Source: the human T2T-CHM13v2.0 reference genome, Homo sapiens
Length of the DNA stretch: 64,000 nt
NCBI RefSeq assembly: GCF_009914755.1
Contig: NC_060935.1
Strand: one strand, 5' to 3'
The translations under genes were made by a program, and so were the position numbers. Under the pieces are notes generated by a model that saw only the letters and a program-made list of their open reading frames with translations, did no database searches and was not told the DNA's origin. This document shows positions 1-16,014 of the stretch, one piece after another (within the stretch, counting starts at the first letter, position 1; every line of letters begins with the position of its first letter).

Positions 1-1088
1 CCTGGTAAATGGGAGAAAACTTGGAGATTGGGCGCTTGTATTGGTTAAGGAGTTTAGAGATTGTTTAAGGGCTCTCTGGTTCTATATTTAGGGCCTAACT
101 TCAAGTGAAGAAGAGTGCCTGCATAACTAGCAATTTGTAGGCTCTTGTTACCCTCTTGGTTTTGAGTATGTCTTTATATTCTTGGAGTGGTTTGTTTTTC
201 TTAGTTTTCAGAAGTACAGAAGATGGGGGAAGGGAGATTTCTTGTTTCTTTTCTTTCTTTCTCCCCTGCCTCTATTTTTCTTCTCTCCCCCCACTTTTTT
301 TTGTGAAGCATAATTTTAAAGCAAGTTTGCCGTCACATTCAAATTATGAAAAAGGAGTAACATTCCGTGTTCCTCTGTAAGGGATCCTACGTGATTTAGT
401 AGGAAGAATGCTCGACTAGGAATCTGTAGACTTAGATTCAAGAGTGTGGGCTTGGGCAGAGTCATTTATCTTCTGTGAGCATAGCTCCATTGTATCTCCT
501 ACAAAATAAGGAATTTAGAATAAAATGTGAATGACACCTCTAGTATTCTTATTCTGTGGCCTCTACTCCTACCATTTGTGTTGATACCCTTGCCCCCTTG
601 TCTCTGTAGAGCTAATACCACGATGGTCACTGCCAGGTTGAAGCCACCGCTAAGGGAGGTTGACCCATAGATGTTCCTCTCCAAAATACATGTCTCTCTC
701 ACTTAAGCTGCAGTGTACTCCCTCTTCTCTCCTCCCACTGGGGTTGAGGCTTCGTATGTAATTAGGTATTGTTGAAGTGTGGGCGTCGTATGCAGAGGAA
801 CACAGCCATTAAGCAATGGGTAGAATGACCTTATACCACATAGATTGTTTGGTCTGAACAGTGTTTTAAAGGAATTTTGGATTGCTGAAAACATTTGTCA
901 AATATTTAAAACCTGGGAGGTTATGCTTATAGATTCCATTTTCCATGTTAGACCCACCCCATAACATTTCCAGTAAGATAGTACAGATAGAAGCTTCTGT
1001 CCTGTAGCCTGCAGAAACCTTCCCCTTCCTTACAGTAGTCACTCATCAGCCATCAGTAAGTCTTGTCTCAGGAAGATAGGCATGGGGA

Positions 1089-1520
1089 TAAGGTTGCCAG
1101 ATGAAGCAAATAAAAATACAGGATGTTGGCCGGGCACAGCACTTTGGGAGGCTGAGGTGGGTGGATCACTTGAGCCCAGGAGTTTGAGACCAGGCTGGGC
1201 AACATGATGACAACCCATCTCTATTAAAAAAAACTAGCCAGGCATGGTGGCTTGTGTCTGTAGTCTCAGGTACTAGGGAAGCTGAAGTAGGAGGATCACT
1301 TGAGCCCAGACGATTGAAGCTGTAGTGAGCTGAGATTGCACCACTGCACTACAACCTGGGTGACAGAGCAAAACCCTGTCTCGAAATAAATAAATACTAC
1401 GGGATGTTGAGTTATATTTGAATTGCATATATAAGCAAATAATGCAATATTTGGGACATATTTATACTGAAAAACTCTTCAAATTTAACTGGGCATCCCG
1501 TGTTTTATCTGGTAGCCCTA
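1089..1520. mobile_element. MER53-like palindromic DNA transposon interrupted by an Alu
   Basis: Termini taaggttgccagat...atctggtagcccta; internal gcaatatttgggacata. Confidence 0.75.
1128..1395 (+). mobile_element. Alu (AluJ-like) with a short left-arm deletion
   Basis: ggccgggcacagcactttgggagg start, ggatcacttgagccc in both arms, (taaa)n tail. Confidence 0.9.
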
Positions 1521-3098
1521 CTAGAAGGGGTGTGCAGGAAAGACCTGCATTTGTAGGTGGACAAAGGGGCATGTTGAATCAGTACCTGGCGCCTCCTGCG
1601 TTTAAAGGCAAACTGAACCAGACCCAGGACAGCAACATGGTACCACCATTTCGAGGGGCCCTGGGTCTCTCTTCAGGCCATTTGTGTAGGGAATTCCAGG
1701 GTGCAGGTGTCCAGATGGTTCTAGAATGGAGAGTGCAGGATCTGGGTGGACATAGCCCCAGTATAGTCAAGAGGGCAAAGGTTGGGGAGGGGGGTTTTAA
1801 AAGCTCAGAGCCAGGCAGGAGCCCAGACATGTGGGTCTAAGGATAGCTCTGTTTCAGTTCTCTTGGAAGATGGTAAGATCTGGCAACAATTAATATTGCC
1901 CCTGTTCACCTCCTCACTCCCCAATGACTGACTTGAATTCTGCTTCTCTTCTCGAGTTTGCCATGGCCCCCACCTTGCTGGCTTCCCTTTTCCTGTCAAC
2001 TCCTGAGGCCATTCGCATGTGCTAACCCTGCTTTATTCAATTAGCTGAATTGGGTTTGGGTGAGATGGGCATGTCCATATTCAGATTGTGGACAGGGAAT
2101 ATTCCGGGGAGGTGGCGAAGATCTGCAGCAAATGGTCATCAGAGGTATATAGCATACCCTGAAAAAGGCAAACTGTGCCTTCCTCCTCCTTTTTGTTCTC
2201 AGCTGATCCAGGTTCACATATTTATAGTTTTATAGGACTGTATCTCTTAGGCTTTACTTTTTCTTTGTGCTTAGCCTAGAGAAACTGGATGGCATTTGGG
2301 TAACAGGGATATGCACTGTTATTTTTTTTGGAGTACGTAGGTTGTGAGGAGACAGGCTTGGTTTTGTTATGCTTTCCCCATCAAGCCTAAAACAAGAACA
2401 GAAAAGTGAATTCTGGATTAGTAGGAATTCCTTCTCTGATTCATTGTGGGCCTAAGAGATGGCTAAGTCCTGGTAACAAGCCAGTGCTCTGGTTAATGGC
2501 CCCAAATGACCCTCTAAGAAAGCAATGATTAACTTGTTTATGTGGCAGGTTGGTATAAACCGGGTACCCCATACCCTCCCTTAAAAGTATTTTCTGCTTG
2601 CATCAAAGGCCAGATTCTGCATATAGAAAAGGCCTTTATGGGTTGGGAACCAGCGAGGAGTTCTGAAGATAAAACCTCCCCCCCACCTATGCTGGGGAGG
2701 AATTTAGATATTGAGAGATTGGGATATTGGAGCCAGTTCTAACATAAATGGTTGTGGCATGTTGCTGTCCTTGGCCCGGTTAAACTCACCTTTAAACACA
2801 GGAGGTACTAGGTACTGATTCAGTATGCCCTGCTGGTCACTTATAAATCCAGGCCTTTTCTTCTGAGAGTGTAATGTTTAACCATGGGCTTAGAAGTCCC
2901 AAAGGCAAAATCCATCATGTTCTCCAGGTGAGTGCTATAACTACCCATGCCCAGTCTAGACCCAAATGACTACAGGTATTTCATATGAAGAAATGATGGC
3001 AACAGAATAATCTGGGGAAGAAATGAGGGAGGGGGAGCAGCGCCAAAGAGGAACAAAGTGGTTCAAAGCATGAGCTGCAGAGTTAGCTCATGACTGAC

Positions 3099-5895
<2,797 letters not shown>

Positions 5896-5900
5896 CTGAC

Positions 5901-6085
5901 CTGGGTTCACATTGTCAGTCTGCCACTTATCATCTTGATATTCTTGGGAAGATAACTTTGCTTCTCTGAGCCTTGGTTTTCTTCTAGAAAATAATAAAAC
6001 TTGCTTCACAGGAGTGTTAAGAAGAGTAAGTGAGATAACACTTGAAAAGCACTTAATTTTGCATATGACACACAGTAAGGGCTTA
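5901..6085 (+). mobile_element. MIR, 3' part (5' part at about 3058-3098, split by the MSTB insertion)
   Basis: ctgggttcaca...ctctgagccttggttttc MIR core. Confidence 0.65.
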
Positions 6086-6339
6086 AGAATTGTCGCCATC
6101 ATCATCAATATCATTATTATTCTCTGCACAATAAAATGTGTTGGAATCACAGCAGATAATCCAGTTATTTGGATGAGTTTTTCCCACGTCATGGGCTGAG
6201 CAGATGAGTTGACAATGGGTGACTGTTGAGTGTCTACCATATACTGGCACTGTTATGGAAGTGTGGGCACAGCTCCTGAGAGTTGCCTAAGTGGGGTTAT
6301 GACCTGTATTTTCCTAGTCATCCTACTTAGGAAATCATC

Positions 6340-6960
6340 CCCCCAGTTGGTGTAAGACAGTAGGCTCTCTTATACACTGTTGCTGGGAGTACAAATGGAT
6401 GCAATCTTTTTGGAGAGCAACATGGCAGTATTTTTTTACGACTTTTTAAAGGCATATTTGGATTGAGTAATTTTCCTTTGCAGGAGAATAATCTGGATAT
6501 GCTGATAAAATATGCCCAACGTGGCATGGATAAATATGTTTGAAACACACACACACACGTGTGCAAATGAAAGCATCTTGGTCAGGAGATGGTTGGTTAC
6601 ACACAGTGTGTTCACACAGTGGTAGAATATTACGCAGCCTTACAAGTGAGGGAGGTCAATATGTGCTGGTATGAAAAGATGTCCAAAATATACAAAGTGA
6701 AACAAAAGCAAGCTGCAGAACAGTAGGAGGGGTATAATCTCTGTGTGGGTTTAAAGGTTTTATATGTGATTTTGTGGATATAGGAACTTTCTGGAGAAAT
6801 TCAGAATATAAATAAAAACCTCAAGGAGCAGTTACCAGTGTGGAGTGAGAATAAGAGATTAGACGAAGAGGACTTGTAACTTTACCTTAAGCCCTTTTTC
6901 TGATCTGTTTTAATCTTTGCCTTTAAATGTTTTATAATATAAATACAAAACCAAAAACAA
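6340..6960 (+). mobile_element. Ancient L1M (L1ME-like) 3' fragment
   Basis: ctcttatacactgttgctgggagtacaaatgg...tttggagagcaacatggcagta resembles the L1 ORF2 end and 3' UTR. Confidence 0.6.
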
Positions 6961-7688
6961 TAAGGCAAAATAATCGTCTATTTGGAGTGCAGTTCAGGGG
7001 AATGAAGAGTCCTTCGGGATGCCTTGATGACCTTCTAGGGAATTCCTAAATAATCAGTTCTGGAAAGTGATTTGGCAGTTGTTGGAGCAGGAGGTCCTAG
7101 AATTGTTTCCTTTTGCTTTGCAGTCTTTCCTTCCCACCAGAATTGCTGTTCTAGTTTCTAGAAGGTTGCCTGCCCCAGTCTTCCTTTTTCTCTCTTCCCA
7201 CATTCTATAGTTTAAATCAGACAGTTCTATTGTTCACTTCCCTGGAAGGTTGTGAACAAAAAGTTGTTTATGTCCCCTCTGCTTCCAGCATCACAAAGGA
7301 CCAAGAGCCAGGACCTGGCCAGAATAATGCTGCCTAATGCTGGCTCTCTCCTGTTGCCTCAGCATCTCTGTCCATCAATCCATCCAACAGAGGTAGTACC
7401 AACTGGCCAACTTTTAAAAGATATTGAAGGAATAAAACCCAGTCAAAGTCTCTCATTATAAGATAACTTATTTAAAGCACCCAACATAATGTGAGCTCTA
7501 TTTATAATTTTTTATGGTATTGAAATGTATGGGTGGTGATTGTGTGTATCTGTTGGATGTGGGGGGTCAGGGGATATGGAGATAGCAAAACCACTCTTGA
7601 CCATGTTTCTATAAAACTCTATGGAGTTGCAGGAAATATAAAACATCCTTAAACCTTGGTCAGCTTGGGAGGGTACCCTAATGATGTC

Positions 7689-8099
7689 TTTGGTTCTACC
7701 AGGAACAACCGGCTTTTAGTGTGCATTTGTATGTATGTGTGCAAAGGAGAGTCTGAAAAATTCACCCTCTTTTCTCTTTTGTTCTTGAAAAACTTGAGCT
7801 CTAAAATCAAGAAGTTTGGGTTTGAAACCCTGCTCTACTTTGGGTGTATTATAGTAAGTCTCTGGGTTTTCAGGTGTTTCATCTGTGAAATGGGTTTGGC
7901 TCTACCAAGAACAACTGATTTTTAGTGCATGTTGTATGTATTGTGTAAAGGAGACTGAAAAGTGCACCTTCCTTTCTCTTTTGGTCTTGGGAAACTTGAG
8001 CAGCTCTAAAATCAAGAAGTTTGGGTTTGAAACGCAGCTGTACTTTGGTTGAATTAGAGTAACTCTCTGGGTTTTTGGGTGTTTCATCTGTGAAATGGG
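7689..8099. repeat. Diverged tandem duplication, about 206 bp x 2
   Basis: 7689-7894 vs 7895-8099 share gctctaaaatcaagaagtttgggtttgaaac and ggtgtttcatctgtgaaatggg. Confidence 0.92.
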
Positions 8100-8747
8100 T
8101 TTTATAATGGTACCTATCTCAAAGGGTGGTTGTGGGGATTACACAGGTTGACATCTAAACTATGTAGAATCATGCCTAGCACATAGAATTTAATACATGT
8201 TAGCTTATTTATAGTTATTATTTTCACCTTCTGCTCCCTACCCCATCCCCACAATTGAACAAATCCCTTTTCTCCTACTTTCCTATTTATTTTTCTTCCT
8301 AAATTACAGTATTTATACAACAATCTAAGAGGTCCTGTGTTTTCCTTCTTTATTTGTATGATAGATGTTCAGATATATTATAGATGAAGTTGAGAAAACG
8401 GCCTTGAATGTAGGGAGGTAGTATTGATCTTCTCTTTGTTTCTCCCATCTTTCTCTTTCTCTCCTTCGTGACCACTCATAGCACTTATAATAGTGTGGCC
8501 CTGATTATATGTGCCTTGTATTGTCTTTCGGTCATTTAGGTAGGCAGGTTGAGTCATGCCTTATCTTAACAGCATTTTAATTCTAGAGGAGCCAGGTCTT
8601 TGGCTCTTTGAAAGACACACTGGCCCTTGCAGACGCCTCATCCCATCTTTGGTGCTATATAAACATGTGTTGTCTTGAACCCCACATGGTCGGTGGCAGA
8701 TTCAGTAAGCTCTCACCTCCCGGCCCTCTCTCCTCTGTCCCCTCTAG

Positions 8748-8888
8748 GGCCAGGAGCTGACTATCCGCCAGATCTCCCTGCTGGGCTTCCGAGACCTAGT
8801 CTTGCTGAAGGTGAAGCTGGGTGACCTGCTGCTGCTGGCCCAGTCCAAGCTGCCCTCGTCCATTGTCCAGATGTTGCTCATCCTGCAG
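8748..8888 (+). CDS. PRR5L: PRR5L internal coding exon (141 nt, phase 0/0; GQELTIRQISLLGFRDLVLLKVKLGDLLLLAQSKLPSSIVQMLLILQ)
   Basis: Pyrimidine tract with TAG acceptor (AG 8746-8747) and CAG|GTGAGG donor. Manual translation matches the PRR5/Protor family. Not in the ORF track. Confidence 0.95.
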
Positions 8889-9564
8889 GTGAGGCTGTGC
8901 TGGAGACTTGCCCCAAGGCAGAGGGAGGGAGCGAGGGAAGAGATTGCCTTTCTGAGATGAGGGGGAAGGAACCTAGTGACCAGAGCACCTTAGCTTGGCT
9001 TACTACTATTTAGTTTGTTGGCCCGTGTTCATTCATTCATTCATTTGTTCATTTGAGGTGCATTCACTGAGCACCTGTTAGGTCCTGGTGCTGTGCTTGG
9101 TGCCAGGACCACACTGGGGAGTGAGGGAAGCATAGTCTTTCATTCAGGAAGTAGATGCCCTTTTCCCCTCTCCAGTGATGCCAGGGAGCCACAAGTTGCA
9201 AGTCACAGCAAAGAATACACTTTGGCCTAGCTTAAGCAGATGAGGAACTCCCTGAAAAGCTCCTAGGGCAGATGGACTTCAGGAGGGATTACAACCAGGA
9301 ATGAGGCTGTCTCAGGCCATGAAGCCACCATCCTTTCTCTACTTTCTAGTCTCTACTTGTATCTGGGCTACTTTGTCTGTCTTCATCTTATCCTATCTTT
9401 CCTGGACTTGGTCTTTTTCTCCCTGCAGGCTTATGTTCTGTGTTTGGTTTGTACCTGATCGAATGTGACACCTCACAGCTGATGTGCTTCCAGTAAGAGA
9501 CTGCCCAGTGGCTGCCTAGTGTCACTCAATCCCAATTCTAAATCAATACTAGGAATTTGAGCTA

Positions 9565-9780
9565 ACACATATTGGTCCTTGGCTATGTGCCGGGCACAGG
9601 CCAAGGACGTTAAGTGTGTTGTTTCCTTAATCAGATAATCCAGACAATCACTGTATGAAGTAGGCATTGTTATTCCCATTTTAGAGGTGAGGAAAATGAA
9701 ACCTAGTAAGTTTGTGTGCTTGCCTGAGGTCCCTCAGTTAGGAAGAGGCAGTAAGATTTGGAATTATGCACACTGTGCTT
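9565..9780 (-). mobile_element. MIR
   Basis: attcccattttagaggtgaggaaaatgaa...ttgcctgaggtc core. Confidence 0.7.
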
Positions 9781-12700
9781 CCTCCCCAGAGGAAATAATT
9801 TAATTGGTCCAGCTTGGGCTAGATGATTCCTCTTTGCCCAATCAGCCATGACCCTTGAATAAGATCAAGCAGTATAAACATGGCCTTGGCAAACTCATTC
9901 CTATGGGTGGGGGCACACAATTCTCGACGAGTAGGGTTTTTGGCTAGGGACACCCCCAAGAGGTGACTACTATGCCTCTTCACCTCTGTAACAAGTTCAG
10001 ATGCTGCAGCATTAGCTCTGAGCCCTTCCTCAGGGAAGATGGCTTCATCCTTGATCAGGCTAGTGATGACCCCTTGCTGCCCTCACAGCAGTGATGGAAT
10101 GTCAGGCATTGGGGCCCCAATCCTTCCCCCACATCCCCCAGCTGGTGCTCTCTTTCAGTCCTTGAAGCTGGGCCATCCTTCTGGGCATTCTCCCCCTTTC
10201 CTGTAATTAGAGAGGAGGAAGAGTTGCCTAATAGGATGAGGGTGGGTGTAATTGGCCGGAATGCCAGGTCAAGTATTTTTATGGAAGAGATGGAGAAGGA
10301 GGGGGATAGAAAAATGCATGTGGGGCTCGGGTCTGAGAAGCCTTAATTAGAGCATGCTTCCTGAATAAGGAGTCTTGAAAATGAGCCCTTTGGGATTCTG
10401 ATAGGAAAATTCGGAAAGTTGGGCTCCCATCTTCCCATATCAGTTTATAATAGTTTAGGGCTGAGAAGCGATTCCTTTGTGTTTTGGGCGGTGGCGGTTT
10501 GTTTGGTTTTGTGGGAAGGAGAATTGATCCAGTCCTGCAGGTGAAGACTCTCACCTGTTGCTGCTGGAACAGGAGGGCCTGTGTCTATCACATTCCAACA
10601 TTCCGGGCCCTGTGCCAGGTAGCCCTGCAGCCATATGAGAAAGCTGTCATCATACTCCTGAGTCCCCAAAGACAGGTGAGACTGCTTGCCCAGGAGAATC
10701 TACCCTCATGCACTCTGGTCCCCACCCCCATTTGCTCTCCATGGGACGGCCTCAAACTCTTCAGTGGTTTCCAATCGATCTTAGAAAAACAGCCCAAGTC
10801 TGTACCCTGGCCTTCAGCATCTCCCACCCTTCCATCCCTGCCTGGAACCTGACTTACTCACTTTTCTGGTCTTCTTGGCTTCTCCTGGCTGCCGTGGGAT
10901 CTTTGTGATCACCATTCCTCCTGCTCAGAACACTTTGTCTTCTGGGGTCCTCAAGCCCCTGTCTAATCAAGGCAGGTCAATGTTTTCTCCTTGCCCTTGT
11001 GCCCTCAGCACCCAGCATAGTCTTTGGCACATAATAGGTATTAATTAAACACTGTCCAGGGAATATAGCACCAGCTAGTAGAAGGTTGAGCAGGACTGAT
11101 GCTGGGTCCCTGACCTCACACCCATGTTGGTGACCGTCATGTAGGGCTTCTTCTCTTGGCAGAGGGAAGTACAGTCAAAGAAGCTCTGGGATCATGGCGA
11201 ATTTCCAGAAAGTCAGGCAAGGAAATGGTTCCTCCTGTGTCTATACCATTATTTTTCCCATCTCACAGCTGAGATGGAGGTTCAGAGAAGGTGGCGACTT
11301 TTCTCAAGGTCTTGTACTCATTTATTAAGAGAGCTGGATTGCTCCCCATCCCTTAGCCCTTATCTTCCTACCTCCACTTAGCCTTTCTAGGCAACTACTG
11401 CCTCCCTTCTGCAGTCTCCCAGGGTACTTGGAAACGCCCCACAGGCATCCTACAGACCATTAAAGATCGTCCCTCTCTCCTGCAGGGCATCTGGCATCAC
11501 TTCCCCTGAGGCCTTCCTGGGAATGTTGCCTTTGGCCCATGTTCTTCCTTGCCAGGAGCTCTAGAGCCTGGGGCTGGGGATGTGACTGTGAAGAACCCGG
11601 ATCTTTCCCCGGCCCAAGTCCATCTTGAGCAGCAAGGGCGATGGCCTCTGGATCTGAATGGAACTTCCAGGTGGCACTGCCCTGGGGCCATATCTGCTAC
11701 AGGAAATTTGGGCCTCCGTACTTAGAATTGTCCATTCTCTCCCTAGACATGCACTTTCCACAGTGCCATGAGACCTGGGGCTGATATTTTTCAAAACTAC
11801 CTGACCCTACTACAGAGAAAAGAGCTCTTTCTTAGGCCTTCAGCTCCGTCTTTTCTGTCGCTCTTCCACAATGTCCCTGACCCAACTCCACCCTTCCCAA
11901 GTTGTACAAATACTCCTACAGTGGGCCATGTGCTCTGCCTTCAAACTGCCCCAGTGAGAGGCAGAATCGGAGATATTGACCACTGTGAAGATCTGTTTCC
12001 TCCCAGCTGATGCAGACAGGTCCTGAGACCACCGGAATGGTGCATTCTCAGGGGCCCCAGCCAGGCAGGGTGTGCAGCCTGTACTCAGAGGACCCTGAGC
12101 TTGGTTTTATTTTCTCCCATCAGCATTTGACACTCTTAATGATTTTTGAACACGAGGCCCTGCATTTTCATTTTACGCTGGACCACACAAATTCCATAGC
12201 TGTTTGGCAGCCAAGCCAAGGGCTGAGGACAGCACCTTCCTAGAGGGCTGTGCACAAGCCAAGTTCTCAGCAGCAACTTTTCTGAGAGAAAACCATCTAG
12301 CTCCAAATCACGTGTTCATTATCCATTTTCTTCCCACCTTTTGCCACTTCTCCTTTTTCTGTGGTCCCTCCCTGTTTAGCAGGTATGGAAGGTTTGGGGG
12401 AGAAGCCACTCATTTTCTCTGCATCTCTTCTGGCCCTGTTTCTACCTCCAAATCTGCACCATAGCCCCATCCTCAGCTTCCTTGTATTTCCTGAAGCTGT
12501 GTCCTCTCTCCCCCAGCCCCTGGCCGCACCCATCTCAGTGTAATGGTACCATAAAGGGGCCAAGGAAGAGCCTGTTTCCTTGGCAGCTTACATCTCCCCC
12601 TGGGATTGCCAACATGCAGGAGTCAGCCCTTCCTGCCTCATTACCTGAACAGCTTCCCCTTCAATCCCTGAAACACTGCACTGGAGTGGAGTCTACTTTG

Positions 12701-13656
12701 AAAGTGAAAGTGATTTAGAGTCTACTCCATTTCGAGAATTTGCATGTTAACCCCTTGGGCTGGGCACAGCCCCATGGAGATTTGTTTCTTTCCTGGCCAG
12801 TCCCCTCTCCTGCCAGGTGGTCTTTGCTTCTTTGCAGCCCCTCAACATGACAGCATGTTTGAGTCCTTTCCAGCAAGAAGCTGAACTCCCCAGGAGTCTG
12901 CCAGTTTTCTAGAAAACATTGGTTACTGGCTCCTTTCTGGTTTTGACCATTCTTTACTCAGGGCTTAGCTCTGAGGACTCCTGTCATGCCGGGGTTTTTA
13001 ATTGGCTCTTCATCTTGGCGCTAAAACTATTCCTGGCTCAAAAAGAATTATCCCTTTCTCTTATAGCCCTGAACTTTTCCATATTCTTTCCTCTCTTCTT
13101 TTCTAGCCTGTTAGCAAGTGGCAGAAGAGGGGATCAGAGCCAGATAGCCTGGGTTCCAGTTCAGGGTTTTTGCCATTTACTGGCTGTGTTTTTCTGCTCA
13201 AGGTATTTAAGCTCTCTGGGTCTTTAGTTCTTCATCCACAGAAGGGGGATAATAAGAGCACCTTCCTCTTTGCATTGTCAGGAGACCTCCGTGCATTAAT
13301 ATATGTTAAATGTCTCTGTGCTGTTTATGAACCAGTCACGATGACAGTATGGGTAGGATTATTGTCTTTGAGACCAGCCAGATCTCAGCCTTGGAGGTGG
13401 GACACCCACACTGCATTGGTGGCCCAGTGGGAGAGGCTGCTGTGGTACTAACCATGCACAGTTCTAATTGCAGTGACCCATGACAAGTGACTAAGGCTTC
13501 AGGCCTCAGTTTCCTTCATCCTAACTGCAAGGATGCTGCCTGCCAGCAACACAGCCTTGTACATTGGAGGAGGACAATCAGGATTTGTTGAGTGAGAACC
13601 TGCTGGTCATGGCAATGAACACTGACCTTTGTGTATCTTGGCTGTTCATTTTCCAG

Positions 13657-13783
13657 AGTGTTCACGAGCCCACAGGCCCAAGTGAGAGTTATTTGCAACT
13701 GGAGGAGCTGGTGAAGCAAGTGGTTTCTCCTTTCCTCGGCATCAGCGGGGACCGTAGCTTCTCAGGCCCCACGTACACGCTGG
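13657..13783 (+). CDS. PRR5L: PRR5L penultimate coding exon (127 nt, phase 0/1; SVHEPTGPSESYLQLEELVKQVVSPFLGISGDRSFSGPTYTL)
   Basis: ttttccAG acceptor and G|GTAAGG donor. Lies inside ORF 13564..13845 and continues the frame of the previous exon. Confidence 0.95.
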
Positions 13784-13826
13784 GTAAGGAGTGCAGCTCT
13801 CAAGTTGTCAAGAGGCCCAGTGATCA

Positions 13827-13895
13827 TGATACCAGCACTGTTTAACTGAGCACTGTTTAACTGAGCACTGATACCAGCACTGTTTAACTGAGCAC
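13827..13895. repeat. Compound micro-duplication A-B-B-A-B (A=tgataccagcac, B=tgtttaactgagcac)
   Basis: Perfect copies read directly from the sequence. Confidence 0.95.
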
Positions 13896-15224
13896 AGCCT
13901 TTTGCTTCCTGTGCGGGTCAGTGCAAATCCGTGCATCTTAAGCACTCACATTCCTGGCCTCTGGAGGTTGCAGTAACCTTCTCCCCCTTGATGATTCCTC
14001 CCCAAGGACCGATACTGTGCCTTTGCGGTGGTGCTTGTCTGATCCACATCTTTGATCAGTGGCTTTGATCATTTTGGTGCGCCTAGGACATTAATCTTTC
14101 TGTATCTGACACCAGAAACTGTGCTTTGTTACACCCTCCCTCTGGTTGAGTAGAGAAACCTCCTGAGATAGATTTCCCTTTGAAACCAACTGGAAATGTC
14201 AGGCCAACTTGTATGCATGGCCAGATGTTATCGAGTTGCTGTCTCCCACTCCATTTCTGTAGGTACCACCACATGGCAAGGAAAGGGGCTCTTGCATTTG
14301 GGGACAAATCCTGTTGGGGCCTTTTTTTGATGGCTGTAAACCTAGCATCAGTGAGTGTCAGGCTCTGTACCAGGCACCATGGAAAATCTGGAGATGAATC
14401 AGATCTGTTCCTTCTCTCAGTGACACTGCAGTCTAGATGGGTTCAGTACAAATATCTCTATAATACAAAATAGCTCTCAGACCAGTCTTTGTAGAAATAG
14501 CTGTATGATAAGGCTTCCAATAATTATAATAATAAAAAACCCAGTTATTGTCTGAAATATAAACGCTCAAAATGCAGAAATGTTTTATTCATTGTTCTGT
14601 CCCCAGGAATGGTGCCTGGCGTATAGTAGGCACTCAAAAAATGTTAGATGATGGCAGCAACGGTACTTCAGGGCCAGGGGAGCCAGCACCCATGGAGAGA
14701 TGCAGAGGCAGAAATGGATTACTCAAATTGGGAACCTGATGCCCCCTCTTCTCACTTTAATGGAGTTGTAGTAGTTGAGCTTCAAAGAAAGGAGCGTCCT
14801 CCAGTGAGGTTCCTGCCCCTTCCTGGGCCTCTCTACCACAGCAAGAGCCAGGGCCAGCTGGCAGTTTTCACCACCCTGCTCATGTTTTTCTGGAGACACC
14901 AGCTTAACCACAGCCACCACAGATCGGAGGGTGCTGGCCCCAGCCTGCTGCCTGCTGGTTCTTCTCCTTCCTCCCTCCCTTCCTCACTCATTCCTCCCAG
15001 GAGCTGGAATGGGCCAGAGTTTCAATGACACTGAAGGAAAACAGTCTTCTGCAGCCCCACTCTGAGCTGGGGTGCCATGTTGCTGCGGTCTCCCTGGAGT
15101 CCACCTTCCTGCTGGCTCAGCTCACTGAATTTTGGGGGACTGGGGCATCCAGGGAGCTGTCAGGACGTCAGCAGGTTAGCTGGGCCATGGCAGGAACGCT
15201 ACCATTGTTTGGGCCTAATGCCAG

Positions 15225-15788
15225 TGTAGAGGAAGAAAAACAGTTTTTCTTCCAACTCTCCTAAGCTCTTAGTTGGAACAGACCCCTGTAACACATTAAC
15301 AGGAGAAAAACAAACAGCAGCTTATTAAAACTGTATGTTTCATACATACATGGGTCACACCCAGGGAGTCAGTAGTTCTTAAATACATGGCTTTGAATTC
15401 CAGCTTATATAGCATCTTCAACAACAAAAAATAAATTTCTAGAGAAGTGATAAGGCAAAGAAAAACAACTTTGAGTCTTCAGGGGTGGCAGCTTGTGGCA
15501 AGGGAAATAGATGGCAGATAAGGGCTGGTTAGTGAGGCTTGTTCATGTAGGTTTCTCTGTTGGCATTGCTGGCTGATAAGGGTCTAAAATTGTCTTCAGT
15601 GGTTAACCTTTGCTCTCCCTGGTAGAAGTGGGATGGGATACCGTTTGTCTTTATACATCTATATCCTGCCTTTAAGCAAATAGAGGGAGGACAGAGAGCT
15701 TCCTGTATCTGCTTCTTAACTGCCTTCAGTTCATAAATCCTTATGCCCAAGAGGCATATTTTGTGGTGGCATATTTTGGTGTCCTATC
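15225..15788 (-). mobile_element. Solo ERV1-class LTR (MER34/MER39-like)
   Basis: Ends ccttatgcccaagaggcatattttgtggtggcatatt; candidate 4-bp TSD CCAG at 15221-15224 and 15789-15792. Confidence 0.7.
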
Positions 15789-16014
15789 CCAGGAACAAGA
15801 GTCAATTGGGAAGTTTGTTCAGTGAGGACTCACTCTAAGAGGGGATAGCTTTAGCTTTCTAGCTAAAATAAGAATAATGCACACTTTTGCCAAATTATAA
15901 AGCAAAGACTCAAGGTTTTATTCTTGTACCTAGGACAGTCCCTGCCTCTGGAGAGTTGTCGCACTAGGGGCGGGGAGGGAAGGATGTGACCCTCTTTTGG
16001 TTAATTTTAAATTA

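Noticed and set aside
13827-13895. CRISPR-like repeat array
   Set aside because: Eukaryotic intron with no unique spacers and no cas genes.
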